Positions 48,930 through 58,721 of a stretch of 64,000 nt of DNA are shown here, piece after piece (the stretch's first letter is position 1; the number at the start of each line of letters is the position of its first letter). A model generated the notes under the pieces. The model worked only from the letters and a program-made list of their open reading frames with translations. It was not told the DNA's origin and did no database searches. The stretch comes from Candidatus Latescibacterota bacterium. GTDB taxonomy: Bacteria > Latescibacterota > UBA2968 > GCA-2709665. The stretch is taken from contig CAXXXF010000017.1 in NCBI GenBank assembly GCA_963667175.2, positions 39,044 to 103,043 on the forward strand, given 5' to 3'. A program made the translations under genes and the position numbers.

Positions 48930-50002
48930 TTAGTGTAGCAGTTGTTGGCATTCGATGGTGTTCTGTGGTTGGTTAATCCAGACTTGGTCTGGAACGTGTG
49001 GTGGTCGAGGATGCCCCTTAACAAATCGTTCAGGGTGGTTGTGATAAGCCTGATCCAGCACCGATTGTCTGGCGGCTTGCACCTGCTGTGTGAGCCCATG
49101 GTGGACGGTGTCGGGCGTGAGTAAGCCCAGTCCGCTGTGCCGGTGTTGCGTGTTGTACCAGGAAAAGAAGGTCTGTAAATAGGTACGGGCTTCTTGCGGA
49201 CCGGTGAAGCGCCCGGGGTATGAAGGCGCGTATTTGAGCGTTTTGAACTGGCTTTCGGAATACGGGTTGTCATCGGAGACGCGGGGTCGAGCGTAGCTGG
49301 CCAGGATGTCGAGGTCCATCAGCAACTGCGAAAACGTCTTGGCTGTCATGGGTGCGCCGCGGTCCTGGTGCAGCGTCAGTTGTCGGGGTTGAATGCCCTG
49401 CTTGTTGCAGGCGTTGGTGATCAGGCGCTTGGCGTATGTGGCGCTTTCTCTTGTGGCGACCATCCAGGCCACGACATAGCGTGAGAACAGATCCAGTACG
49501 ACGTAGAGGGGATAGGTTTCCCACTTGCGGGTTCCTGGCAGCCGCGTGATATCCCATGTCCAGACCTGGTTGGGCGCATCCGCCATCAAGCGGGGCGGTT
49601 CCAGACGTGGATGACGCCGCTGGTGTCGCCGCTGGGGCACCTCTCCTGCATCGTGCAGCAGACGGTACATGGTCCGGATCGAGCAGACATACCGCCCTTC
49701 CTCGAGCAGCGCGGCGTAGACTGCCGGTGGCGCCTGGTCTACGAAGCGGTCCTCGTGCAGGATGTCCAGCACGGTAGCGCGCTCGTTTTGGGAAAGCGCA
49801 CGTGGCGACGAGGACCGGGCGCCACGAGGCCCGCGTTGGGCTGGCTGACGCGCACGGTAGACCGATGCCCGCGCCACACCCAGCGCCCGGCACGCGGAAG
49901 CCAACCCGACCTTCGGGGCCAGTTGTTCTGCCGCCCGTATCATACGTCGTCGTCGCCTGCTGGCGGATTCAGGGGGATGCCCAGGATCTCGGAGGCTTTT
50001 TT
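48930..50002 (-). CDS. IS3 OrfB (DDE integrase core), expressed as OrfAB through a -1 frameshift at the A-run (plus-strand T-run 49997-50004)
   Basis: WTWDITRLPG...YVVLDLFSRYVVAW...HQDRGAPMTAK...SDDNPYSESQFKTLKY. Confidence 0.85.
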
Positions 50003-50440
50003 TTGGATCTCGAGGATCGTGTTCGCCTGTTCCAATCGTCGTCGCAAACGGGCGATCTCCTTGCGCAGTTGCTCGTTCTCGACGGATACCTCGTCGCGGC
50101 GACGCCCTTTCGGTCCCCGCAGCTTCAACAGCGCCTTGAGCGACCCCTCGCGACGCGCACGACGCCACTGCGTCAACTGCGAGGAATACAGACCCTCGCG
50201 GCGCAGCAGCGCGCCGACTTCACCAGGGGCACGGCACGCGTCGGCCTCTTCCAAGATGCGAAGCTTGTACTTTGCCGTGAAACGGCGACGCCGCGCACGC
50301 GCCGGCACTTCCGGATTCGGCCTCGTGGTTGTGGAGGTCCCGCGCGGGACCTCCACAACCAGAGACCCCTTGCTGCCGTTGCCTACAACATCGGTCCTTG
50401 ACCTCATCTCTTGTTCTCCTCTCCGCCCATGATACGACAT
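49940..50440 (-). CDS. IS3 OrfA (HTH/leucine-zipper part of the transposase); start uncertain
   Basis: RRRFTAKYKLRILEEADAC...LYSSQLTQWRRARREG...LRKEIARLRRRLEQANTILEIQKKAS. Confidence 0.8.
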   Translation of the reverse strand: MSYHGRRGEQEMRSRTDVVGNGSKGSLVVEVPRGTSTTTRPNPEVPARARRRRFTAKYKLRILEEADACRAPGEVGALLRREGLYSSQLTQWRRARREGSLKALLKLRGPKGRRRDEVSVENEQLRKEIARLRRRLEQANTILEIQKKASEILGIPLNPPAGDDDV

Positions 50441-50483
50441 TAATCTCGAAGGGGGAGTTGTCTCACTCTATATTGGCACGTAG

Positions 50484-51704
50484 GGTTTTCGGAATCAGCT
50501 GAACTTGCTACGTGAGGATTTTTATTCCGAATTCCAGCGCGTGGTCGAAGACACTTGGCCAGGAGTACGGGTAATGGAGTTGTTGGTCCGAGGAAGGCAG
50601 CCCGACAAGCAGGTATTCTTGCACATTAGAAATGAAGACTTCGTGGGAGAAGTCGGACTGATGGGACATGGTTTGCAGATGTGGTTACAGGCTATGTGGT
50701 TTTTGACACGTTCTGCCCGAAGCACGACGGTCATTCTTGATGAACCTGACGTATACATGCACCCCGACCTTCAAAGAAGAGTAATCCGCTTTCTACGCAA
50801 TCGATACCCCCAAACCATCTTGACAACACATTCGATTGAGATTATGGCGGAGGTCGAACCCGACAACATTCTTATCGTCGATAAAGCTCGAGACAGGAGT
50901 GATTTTGCGTCAACACTTCCTGCAGTCCAAGAGATTACAAGCAACATCGGTAGCGTCCATAATGTCCATCTTTCGAGGCTCTGGACATCGAGAAGATTTC
51001 TCTTACTAGAAGGTAAGGACATCCGGTTTTTGAAACATTTCCAAGATGTTCTTTTTCCGAGTAGCAATGTACCGATGGAGACCATTCCTCATATGTCGAT
51101 TGGAGGTTGGGGAGGTTGGAATTTTGCAATTGGATCGTCAATGGCATTACAAAATGCGATGGGAGAAGAGATCGAAGTGTATTGTATCCTTGACAGAGAC
51201 TACCACACGGAGAGTGAGATAGAAGAAAGAATGAACAAAGCAATGGAACGAGGCATACACCTGCACATTTGGGCTCAAAAAGAGATCGAAAATTACCTTC
51301 TATCACCACCTGTAATTCATAGATATATCTCGCATCGCACCGCAACACGTACGGACCCTCCGTCGCAGTATGAAGTAAGTGAAAAGATTGAAGAATTGGC
51401 ATGGAATTTGGAAGAGGATGTTTTCGATTCGCTCTCTAGCGAATTCCATATAGGCAACCGCAAGAGAGGATTGAGGGGAGCAAATGCCGCAGCGAGAAAA
51501 TATATGAAACCATATAAGGAGGACGGTTCAATAGTACCGATTGTTTCTGGTAAGTCCCTTCTTGCGAAGATCTCATCTTGGTCGAAGTCGGAATTCGGCG
51601 TGCAGGTCAGCGCGATAGGTTTAATCAGTGAGTTTCAGAAATCTGAGATCGACATTGAAGTGGTCCGTGTCATTACCGCAATTGAGCAACTCCGAGAATT
51701 TTAG
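50484..51704 (+). pseudogene. OLD/AAA15-type ATPase-nuclease, C-terminal fragment (signature/Walker B plus TOPRIM/DUF4435-like)
   Basis: GHGLQMWLQAMWFL, VILDEPDVYMHP and TTHSIEIM, then LLLEGKDIRFL ... CILDRDYH (E...DxD). It is in the same frame as the N-terminal fragment once 1584 bp are removed, but a TAG at 50481-50483 remains. Confidence 0.7.
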
Positions 51705-51720
51705 GGCTTTCTCTATATAA

Positions 51721-52120
51721 CCATCTGCTTACTACGGCCGAAAAGGTTCAGTCTGTTGGATTTCAAAGGGTTCGCAAGTCTACCTGTACCATACAGGGGT
51801 CGGCGTCATTTCCAGTGGTAGGGCACCTCTGGTTTTGGGAAAGCGGATTACCAGAATGACAAGAACGAAGAATATTACGTTCCATTTAAATTTGAGTGGG
51901 CCTTAGGCGAAAGTGAATGGCACCAGGCACCGAGGGCATGGAAGATCAATAAGAAATGGAATTCAAGCCATCGGTTCACACAAACTGTGTTTGTTATTAC
52001 CGAGGAGATGGCAGAGGAAATACAGGCAATATTCAAAAAAAACGGAAGGTACGGACTAATTTCCACAGATTTTCCAGCTTCTTTAATCACATTGGAAAGC
52101 CTTGGGAAGCAATTGAAGTA
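51721..52120 (+). pseudogene. degraded gene remnant (no start codon, one frameshift near 51820-51846)
   Basis: Protein-like readings ...QVYLYHTGVGVISSGRAPLVLGK (frame 1) and DYQNDKNEEYYVPFKFEWALGESEWHQAPRAWKINKKW...EEMAEEIQAIFKKNGRYG (frame 0). Confidence 0.3.
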
Positions 52121-52236
52121 GGCGTTGGGTGAGGGTCATTCCCGCCGCTGATTGAAACAGCCGTTTTGCAACACAAAAACGCCCCACACTCGCGTAAGCG
52201 AATACAGGGCTGTCCCAGATCTGACCACGCGTTGGA

Positions 52237-52500
52237 CTAGTCGCTGAATGCCTTTATAGCAAGCCCTGCGATAGCCAAGATCGTCGTAACCTGCAACGGT
52301 ACTACCCAACGGTAGAGACCGTCGATCTTGGCTTCCAGGGACGTGCGGGTAGTGTCGATCTTTGCGTCCACCGCGTCTATCTTTGTTTCCATCCGCCCCA
52401 AACGGACATCAATCTGTTCGACCACGCCCTCCAACCGGGCAATACGCCCCTCGTGGTCCAATGGATAAGGGCGTTCCTGCGTTGGACTCGTCTCGGCCAT
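52237..52500 (-). CDS. small coiled-coil protein with a C-terminal TM anchor (XhlA-like architecture), copy A
   Basis: EGRIARLEGVVEQIDVRLGRMETKIDAVDAKID...YRWVVPLQVTTILAIAGLAIKAF. About 88% identical to copy B at 61502-61765. Confidence 0.45.
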   Translation of the reverse strand: MAETSPTQERPYPLDHEGRIARLEGVVEQIDVRLGRMETKIDAVDAKIDTTRTSLEAKIDGLYRWVVPLQVTTILAIAGLAIKAFSD

Positions 52501-52549
52501 CGACTTTCATCTCCACTTGCTGCAGTTTGTTTGGTCAGGGGTACTAGGT

Positions 52550-53056
52550 TCAGATCAGTTGAAGATTCATAAGGCGGTAAGTCATCGCCTGCGGACTAAC
52601 CTTAAATTTATCGGCGAGTCGCTCAAGGCCGTCGTCCTCGGTAAGGTCAAAGGGTTGTCGATCAAAAGCCTCCCTAACCCAATGTGCGGGCATGAGCAGA
52701 GCTGCTGCGAACGCATTCGCTTCCATTTCTTCTGACTCGGTTCCAGAGCCAGACTCCATGTCGCGGAATTGTACGCGATATCCTTTGTCTATATAGGTCT
52801 CGCCTTTGTGAAGTAGGTAATGTGCGATTTCGTGCGCAATACTGAATCGCCGTCGATTGGAATGATGACCCCAGTTGACCCCGATTACAGCTCGGTTTCT
52901 TTTTCGGACAAGCACTCCCGAGCAATCTTCTCCAAGGTCCGCCAATTCGACCCTGACGCCCAAACAGGCGGCGACTTGCTCCACAGGTACGGGTGCAGAA
53001 TGAACTCTCGCTCTTGCGAGTAGTCGATCTGCCTGTGTCTCAATCTCTATCGACAT
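52550..53056 (-). CDS. capP: ImmA/IrrE-family Zn metallopeptidase (CapP-like)
   Basis: HExxH motif FSIAHEIAHYLLH. Paired with an upstream XRE HTH gene and divergent from a CD-NTase operon. Confidence 0.75.
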   Translation of the reverse strand: MSIEIETQADRLLARARVHSAPVPVEQVAACLGVRVELADLGEDCSGVLVRKRNRAVIGVNWGHHSNRRRFSIAHEIAHYLLHKGETYIDKGYRVQFRDMESGSGTESEEMEANAFAAALLMPAHWVREAFDRQPFDLTEDDGLERLADKFKVSPQAMTYRLMNLQLI

Positions 53057-53405
53057 TGGTGCCGATCTTCTCTCGGCTACTTGCGATAAAAGAGACTACC
53101 TGGCTTTGGATCTCTTCCGCTACACCATCGGGGAGACTTGATAATTGGGCGGTTGCATCCGTTCCCGAATACTCGTCTCGTGACGGCAACAGCGAACGCA
53201 TGTCAACGCTTAATGCATCTGCTAGCGACCAAAGTGTGTGCAGAGTTGGCCGTTGATTTCCACTTTCAATGTTCGCAATTGAGCCACGTGCCAAATCACA
53301 CCGTTGCGCAAGTTGGGTCTGCGATAGCCCGGCCTTTTGCCGGTATCGTTCAACTTTCTGCCCTACCAGTTCGTAGAGCCTCTCTGAGTTAGGTCGTCGT
53401 CGCAT
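53040..53405 (-). CDS. capH: XRE-family HTH regulator (CapH-like)
   Basis: LYELVGQKVERYRQKAGLSQTQLAQRCDLARGSIANIESGNQRPTLHTLWSLADAL. The start is taken at ATG 53405. Confidence 0.7.
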   Translation of the reverse strand: MRRRPNSERLYELVGQKVERYRQKAGLSQTQLAQRCDLARGSIANIESGNQRPTLHTLWSLADALSVDMRSLLPSRDEYSGTDATAQLSSLPDGVAEEIQSQVVSFIASSREKIGTNVDRD

Positions 53406-53447
53406 AATTCTAGCACAGAATTTAAGCAATCCCACATGAAGTGTCAA
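53406..53447 (-). promoter_or_regulatory. capH promoter TTGACA-N17-TAAATT with the palindrome AATTCT-N5-AGAATT between -10 and ATG (near-leaderless mRNA)
   Basis: -35 at 53447-53442 and -10 at 53424-53419. Palindrome at 53406-53422. ATG at 53405. Confidence 0.5.
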
Positions 53448-53543
53448 GCAATAAAAAGCAAATGTGTGAATTGTATCTCTCAAACGCCACAAGAGAGCCG
53501 AATATATCGCTTTTTAATGCAAGGCAATATAGTTTTTTATCCC

Positions 53544-53572
53544 TTGACATCAGATGGTGTTTTCATTAGATT
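53544..53572 (+). promoter_or_regulatory. candidate promoter TTGACA-N17-TAGATT for the CD-NTase operon
   Basis: Hexamers at 53544-53549 and 53567-53572. This would leave a 5' UTR of about 190 nt. Confidence 0.4.
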
Positions 53573-53767
53573 CCCCAAAGTTCTGAGGCACGTCCATTTA
53601 TTTGGATATTGAACCCTTACAACCAATGAGACTGCGATTGATGCATTCCGTTACCATAAATTCGCGTCTCCAGCACAGTTTCCGACTGCGAACCACCACA
53701 AAACCCAGATAGAGACCTGTCGCACTCCGCTTTCTGGGGGCTCTTTGGAAAAAACAGGAGGTGTTCA

Positions 53768-54715
53768 GTGGAATACTTGAACCAGCAGCTAATCAACTAC
53801 GTTAACCGGATCAAGCTTACTCAAGAGAAGAAATCCTCGTACGCCAATCAAATTGAGAATCTGAGGAACAATGTTCTCAGTGCCGTAAAGGAAATGGAGA
53901 ACACCAGGGTGACGAGAATATTACAAGCGGGGTCGTGGAAGAAGGGCACTGCGTTGGCCCCAAAGGGAGACTATCCGCTCGATATCGACATGGTGTTTTT
54001 CTTAGACGTTGATGAAGATTCTTCGTTTGACGCTGAGGATCTGCGCGAGGACATAATCGACGTTTTATGTGGAGCATATCCAAACAAGGAAAGATCGGAT
54101 TTTACTGATGGCCAAAAGACGATCGGCATTGTATTCAGGGGCACCGGGCTTGAAGCTGACATTGTGCCGTTTATCCCGGAGAAAGGAAATACGACATACG
54201 GCAGGCAACCTCGAAAAAAACTAAACTCAGGTGAGTTTAAAACCAGCGTTGACAAGCAACTGGAATTCATCAGCAAAATAAAAATTAAATGTTCGAATTT
54301 CACATCTATCGTCCGGATATTGAAGAGTTGGAGGAATTACAAGGAATTGGCACTTTCCTCCTTTGCGATTGAATTAGCGGCGGCCAATTTGGTTCACGAA
54401 GGGAGAATAAATGGCTCTTCGATAAATCAGGCGATTGTCAGCTTCTTCGAGTTCTTCGGCAACGGTAATCCCGTCGAGGTGTATTTCTCGGGCGCAATTG
54501 GGCCAAAGGACGGCAACGCCCCATGCATAGCGGATCCGACAAACAACGAAAACAATACGATCAGGATGTCTGATAGTGAGTGGGACGAGATCGTCGAGAT
54601 TGCCGAGAATAGCTTTGAGACGATTTCCTATGCGCAGGCAGTCAAGGAGACCGGAAAAACATTGGACCTGTGGAAGGAAGTTTTCGGACCGAGTTTCAAT
54701 ATTAATGAGGAGTAA
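53768..54715 (+). CDS. cGAS/DncV-like nucleotidyltransferase (CD-NTase / SMODS)
   Basis: Pol-beta NTase triad AGSWKKGTAL...PLDIDMVFF...LEADIVPF. OAS-like helical C-half (IVRILKSWRN). GTG start after AGGAGG. Confidence 0.8.
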   Translation: MEYLNQQLINYVNRIKLTQEKKSSYANQIENLRNNVLSAVKEMENTRVTRILQAGSWKKGTALAPKGDYPLDIDMVFFLDVDEDSSFDAEDLREDIIDVLCGAYPNKERSDFTDGQKTIGIVFRGTGLEADIVPFIPEKGNTTYGRQPRKKLNSGEFKTSVDKQLEFISKIKIKCSNFTSIVRILKSWRNYKELALSSFAIELAAANLVHEGRINGSSINQAIVSFFEFFGNGNPVEVYFSGAIGPKDGNAPCIADPTNNENNTIRMSDSEWDEIVEIAENSFETISYAQAVKETGKTLDLWKEVFGPSFNINEE

Positions 54716-54720
54716 AACTA

Positions 54721-55203
54721 ATGAACGCCATCACGCGAACATATACAAGAACAGACATACGTAGAGTCTTCGAGAACTTTAAAGCAGACCTGCAAATGCT
54801 TGCGGTAAGGACCCAAGCAATGGAATCAGACCATGCAGAAAGGTGTGCTGATGATGTCTGTATAATGGCCCAAGAAGAGTGTTTGAAGTGCGTCCATGTC
54901 CAATTGTATGACGCTGCCGGAAATCTCATTAAGGTCCATCGGTATTCCGTAAAAAAGGACATTATATCAGATGCGCAAAGGCCTGGTGGAAATAGATGGC
55001 CATGCTTACCGTCCGGGACACTATGCGTGATAGTAGAATACTCAGATAGGGACAAGGCGGAACAACTCAAAGTGTCAGGCAAGTTAGAGCTACCTTGGAG
55101 CCCGTCAGCCCTGTCGACCGACTACTCCAGAATGCGAAACGACGCCGGCAGACTCTATTCCAGTAATACCTACGGATTACGCAGGGATACATTCGCGGTC
55201 TAA
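54721..55203 (+). CDS. HORMA-like protein (Cap7-like), assigned by size, position and sequence pattern
   Basis: 160 aa between the CD-NTase and the AAA+ gene, as in type III CBASS. N-terminal TRTYTRTDIRRVFENFKADLQML and C-terminal ...RLYSSNTYGLRRDTF resemble bacterial HORMA proteins as I recall them. Confidence 0.5.
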   Translation: MNAITRTYTRTDIRRVFENFKADLQMLAVRTQAMESDHAERCADDVCIMAQEECLKCVHVQLYDAAGNLIKVHRYSVKKDIISDAQRPGGNRWPCLPSGTLCVIVEYSDRDKAEQLKVSGKLELPWSPSALSTDYSRMRNDAGRLYSSNTYGLRRDTFAV

Positions 55204-55216
55204 ACGGGACAAGATA

Positions 55217-56119
55217 ATGACACAAGATACGTTTGACGCTGTACGAGAGTTGCCATCAGATGATCTGGATGATATCGCTGGAACGCTTGTTGGATTCAAG
55301 AGACGTTATGAAACATTGAAAAATCATCTAATGATATCGTTAATGCCAGATCAGATAGAGCAATGGAGCAAAAAGCACCATGGACGGATTATTCCCCTAT
55401 GTGACGTTATTCGACATAGATATCCGGTTTTTCTTTTCAGTGGCGATGTTGGGACCGGAAAAACAGTAACGGCCGAATGTGCGGCAGACCGGTTGACAAG
55501 GGAAATGGGCAGAGAGGGTTTTTTGCTTAAGCTGAGCACACGCGTGAGAGGTAAGGGACTACATGGAGAAATGAGTCAACTTATTCAGGACGCCTTTGAG
55601 AATCTGACAACTCAAGCGGGCAAAAAACGACTTTCGTTTCTGCTGATAGACGAGGCAGATTCAATTGCATCACTTCGGTCCACGGAACAGATGCACCAGG
55701 AAGAAAAGGCTGCTGTTAATACTCTGATACAGAAAATCGATGAGATTCGCCAGGTGGACGGTCGGGCTGTTATATTTCTGTGCACCAACAGAGCAGATGT
55801 TATCGATCGAGCGGTTGTAAGGCGTGCTGCACTACACATGGAGTTTTCTCGACCAACTGGAGACGAGAGTTTAGAACTGCTGACGCGTGATCTTCAAGGA
55901 ATAGAATTGGCACCAGAAGAGCTATGCGAATTAGCGGCTCTAACCTCAATTGGAGGATTGTATGAGGAAAACGGTTATTCGTTCTCCGATTTTCGGTTGC
56001 GCTTTTATCCAGAAGCGCTTTCTCAGGCCTTTCCGGACCGCGCACTGACTTTCAAAGTTCTGAAGGATACAGTGTCAATCATAAAACCAAGCCCCCGGAT
56101 CGACAAAAATGCAAAATGA
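55217..56119 (+). CDS. TRIP13/Pch2-like AAA+ ATPase (Cap6-like)
   Basis: Walker A FSGDVGTGKT and Walker B FLLIDEADS. About 300 aa. Third gene of the operon. Confidence 0.7.
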   Translation: MTQDTFDAVRELPSDDLDDIAGTLVGFKRRYETLKNHLMISLMPDQIEQWSKKHHGRIIPLCDVIRHRYPVFLFSGDVGTGKTVTAECAADRLTREMGREGFLLKLSTRVRGKGLHGEMSQLIQDAFENLTTQAGKKRLSFLLIDEADSIASLRSTEQMHQEEKAAVNTLIQKIDEIRQVDGRAVIFLCTNRADVIDRAVVRRAALHMEFSRPTGDESLELLTRDLQGIELAPEELCELAALTSIGGLYEENGYSFSDFRLRFYPEALSQAFPDRALTFKVLKDTVSIIKPSPRIDKNAK

Positions 56120-56684
56120 CAGCATGAACTCAAGTCGGGATATTCTTAAGAAACTGAGAAACAAAGCGGAATTGTGCCGTTTCTGTCACGCAGCGCTGAA
56201 GGAACGATATAGCGGTTTCCGTAGCAGCAAAGAATTCAGCGTCGTGTTGTTATCCTTGATTTCTGCCGCATTAATCGGTTTCTACTATCGACGTGTTTGG
56301 ACTGGCGAACTGATCTTGTCCCTAATTTTTCTGATACCACTCTTCACGGCCATTGTTCAAGCACTGGACAACACCGTATTCAAATGGACCGAGAAAGTGG
56401 CGCGGCACGAGTCAGCGGTAGCAATATGGGGAGATTGGATTAGAGAAGCTGACTTTCTTGAGAAGCGTATCGAGCTATATTCCATTGAAGTGATAAACGA
56501 AAAAATCCAGAATATACAGGACAAGTACATTGTTTGTATGGGTAATACAACGCAGATACCAAATGCAAAGTTTCTGCAATTCAAAAGAAAATTCAGAATA
56601 CAGGTATTGAGTTCGAAGAAGATCGATGAGATGACATTGGAGGAATTAGAGTCTTACAGTAAGACTTCAACGCAAAATGCTTAG
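56109..56684 (+). CDS. 2-TM membrane protein, SLATT-like candidate effector
   Basis: N-terminal helix (ELCRFCHAALKERYSGF). Two TM helices (FSVVLLSLISAALIGFYY, LILSLIFLIPLFTAIVQAL). Helical C-terminal about 90 aa. It overlaps the AAA+ stop by 11 nt. Confidence 0.5.
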   Translation: MQNDSMNSSRDILKKLRNKAELCRFCHAALKERYSGFRSSKEFSVVLLSLISAALIGFYYRRVWTGELILSLIFLIPLFTAIVQALDNTVFKWTEKVARHESAVAIWGDWIREADFLEKRIELYSIEVINEKIQNIQDKYIVCMGNTTQIPNAKFLQFKRKFRIQVLSSKKIDEMTLEELESYSKTSTQNA

Positions 56685-56782
56685 AAGTTTGGTCACGCTG
56701 CTTGCATAGAGGTTGTCTTTCGCCACACCATCATCGTAATATTCTATGAGCTCTACGGGCGGGAAAAACGACCCATCCAAAT

Positions 56783-57247
56783 CTAACTCCGCAGATTTGC
56801 AATTGCTTCGTCAATGGAATACGAAGGGCCGGTGCTTGGCTTATGTTCCCGATCCAAGATTAACAGGTTCCAACTTACCTCTCGAAGGAGTGCACTGCAT
56901 ATCCGTGCGTTCTTATCCACGATCCTGAATTTTTCGTATGTGTTGGCGTCGAGTTTACTGAGCAATCTTCCTGTAGAGGTCCAGGTTTCCGAGGGTGTTC
57001 TTTTTCCGGTTTCCTCCAGGCCAGCGATTGCTTTCTCTACATCACCGTTACGACACATCGATTTGTAATTTTTCGGATTCTGCTCAAGCGATTGCAAAAA
57101 CTTACGCCAGTCAGCGATCACTTTCAAAATATGCTCGTTCGTTTCTTCAAACCCCTAGCGCATTTCTTTTAGCAGACTCTGCCGGATTTCTTCCTCCTTA
57201 TCCTGTCGGAATTCTTCCTCCATAGAGGGCTGTGACAGTTCATCCAT
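56783..57247 (-). pseudogene. hypothetical gene with an in-frame TAG (57155-57157)
   Basis: ATG 57247 MDELSQPSMEEEFRQDKEEEIRQSLLKEMR-TAG-GFEETNEHILKVIADWRKF... runs continuously in one frame. Confidence 0.4.
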
Positions 57248-57384
57248 GAATTGCCGTACTGGTCTGTATGTCGCAGACATCACATCCATCACTGCAGTGC
57301 CCATCTCGTTTTCTCCAGAAAGATATCTGGTTGTCTTTTATTACCAGGAACAGCAAATAGTGGCCAGTGGTCAGGAAGAGCAGT

Positions 57385-58145
<761 letters not shown>

Positions 58146-58721
58146 TGTCAGCTTTCATTTATTTTCAGGAGCAGCAAATAGTCGACATCCAGATCCAACC
58201 AAAGAAGAGTGGGAGGACGTAAACAATACGGTGCTCCCCGTAATAAATATCTTTCCGAAAAAATATGCACGCGTGTCCACAATGTCAACTGTGTTTTATG
58301 CAACTGTCAACGCAAAAAATAAAAGTCGAGTCCACTCTGAAAAGTGAGATTCGTGTAATTTTCCTTCAATTTTGGTTCAGAAGCGGCAATTTTCGACAAG
58401 ATCTATATCCGCATAAACCATTATATATGATATTTTTATACCAGATATGATTTCGATTTACTTCGGAATGACACATCGTTTTAGACCTCGTCAGACGAAA
58501 TTTGAGTCGTTTTCCACTCATTTCGAGAGTGTCTGCAAGAGCGTCTCAGATGAACTCAGGCTGGTTGGGGAGGCATTGTTCTAAGGATTCCCGTTACTTG
58601 CAGGTTCAGGGTTGAGCGCCTTGAAAATCGTAGAATTGAACCACCAAAAATTGGGAGTGCCCTCGAATTACTACTGGTCGCCGGCAACCGCGGACTCACT
58701 AAGCAAGTCGATAAAGATGGC

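Larger units (their letters stand above)
48897..50478 (-). mobile_element. IS3-family insertion sequence (about 1.58 kb) with imperfect terminal inverted repeats of about 26 bp
   Basis: IRL TGTCAATAGAAATGAGACACCTCCC. IRR (reverse complement) TGCCAATATAGAGTGAGACAACTCCC. orfA/orfB with an A8G slippery run. Flanking CG/ACG duplication. Confidence 0.9.

Noticed and set aside
50481-57157. Two in-frame TAG codons in island genes (OLD-like junction 50481-50483; hypothetical gene 57155-57157) as evidence for TAG stop-codon recoding.
   Set aside because: The neighbouring island genes hsdR and hsdM-S terminate cleanly at TAG with sensible lengths. Recoding is therefore unlikely, and nonsense mutation or sequence error is simpler.
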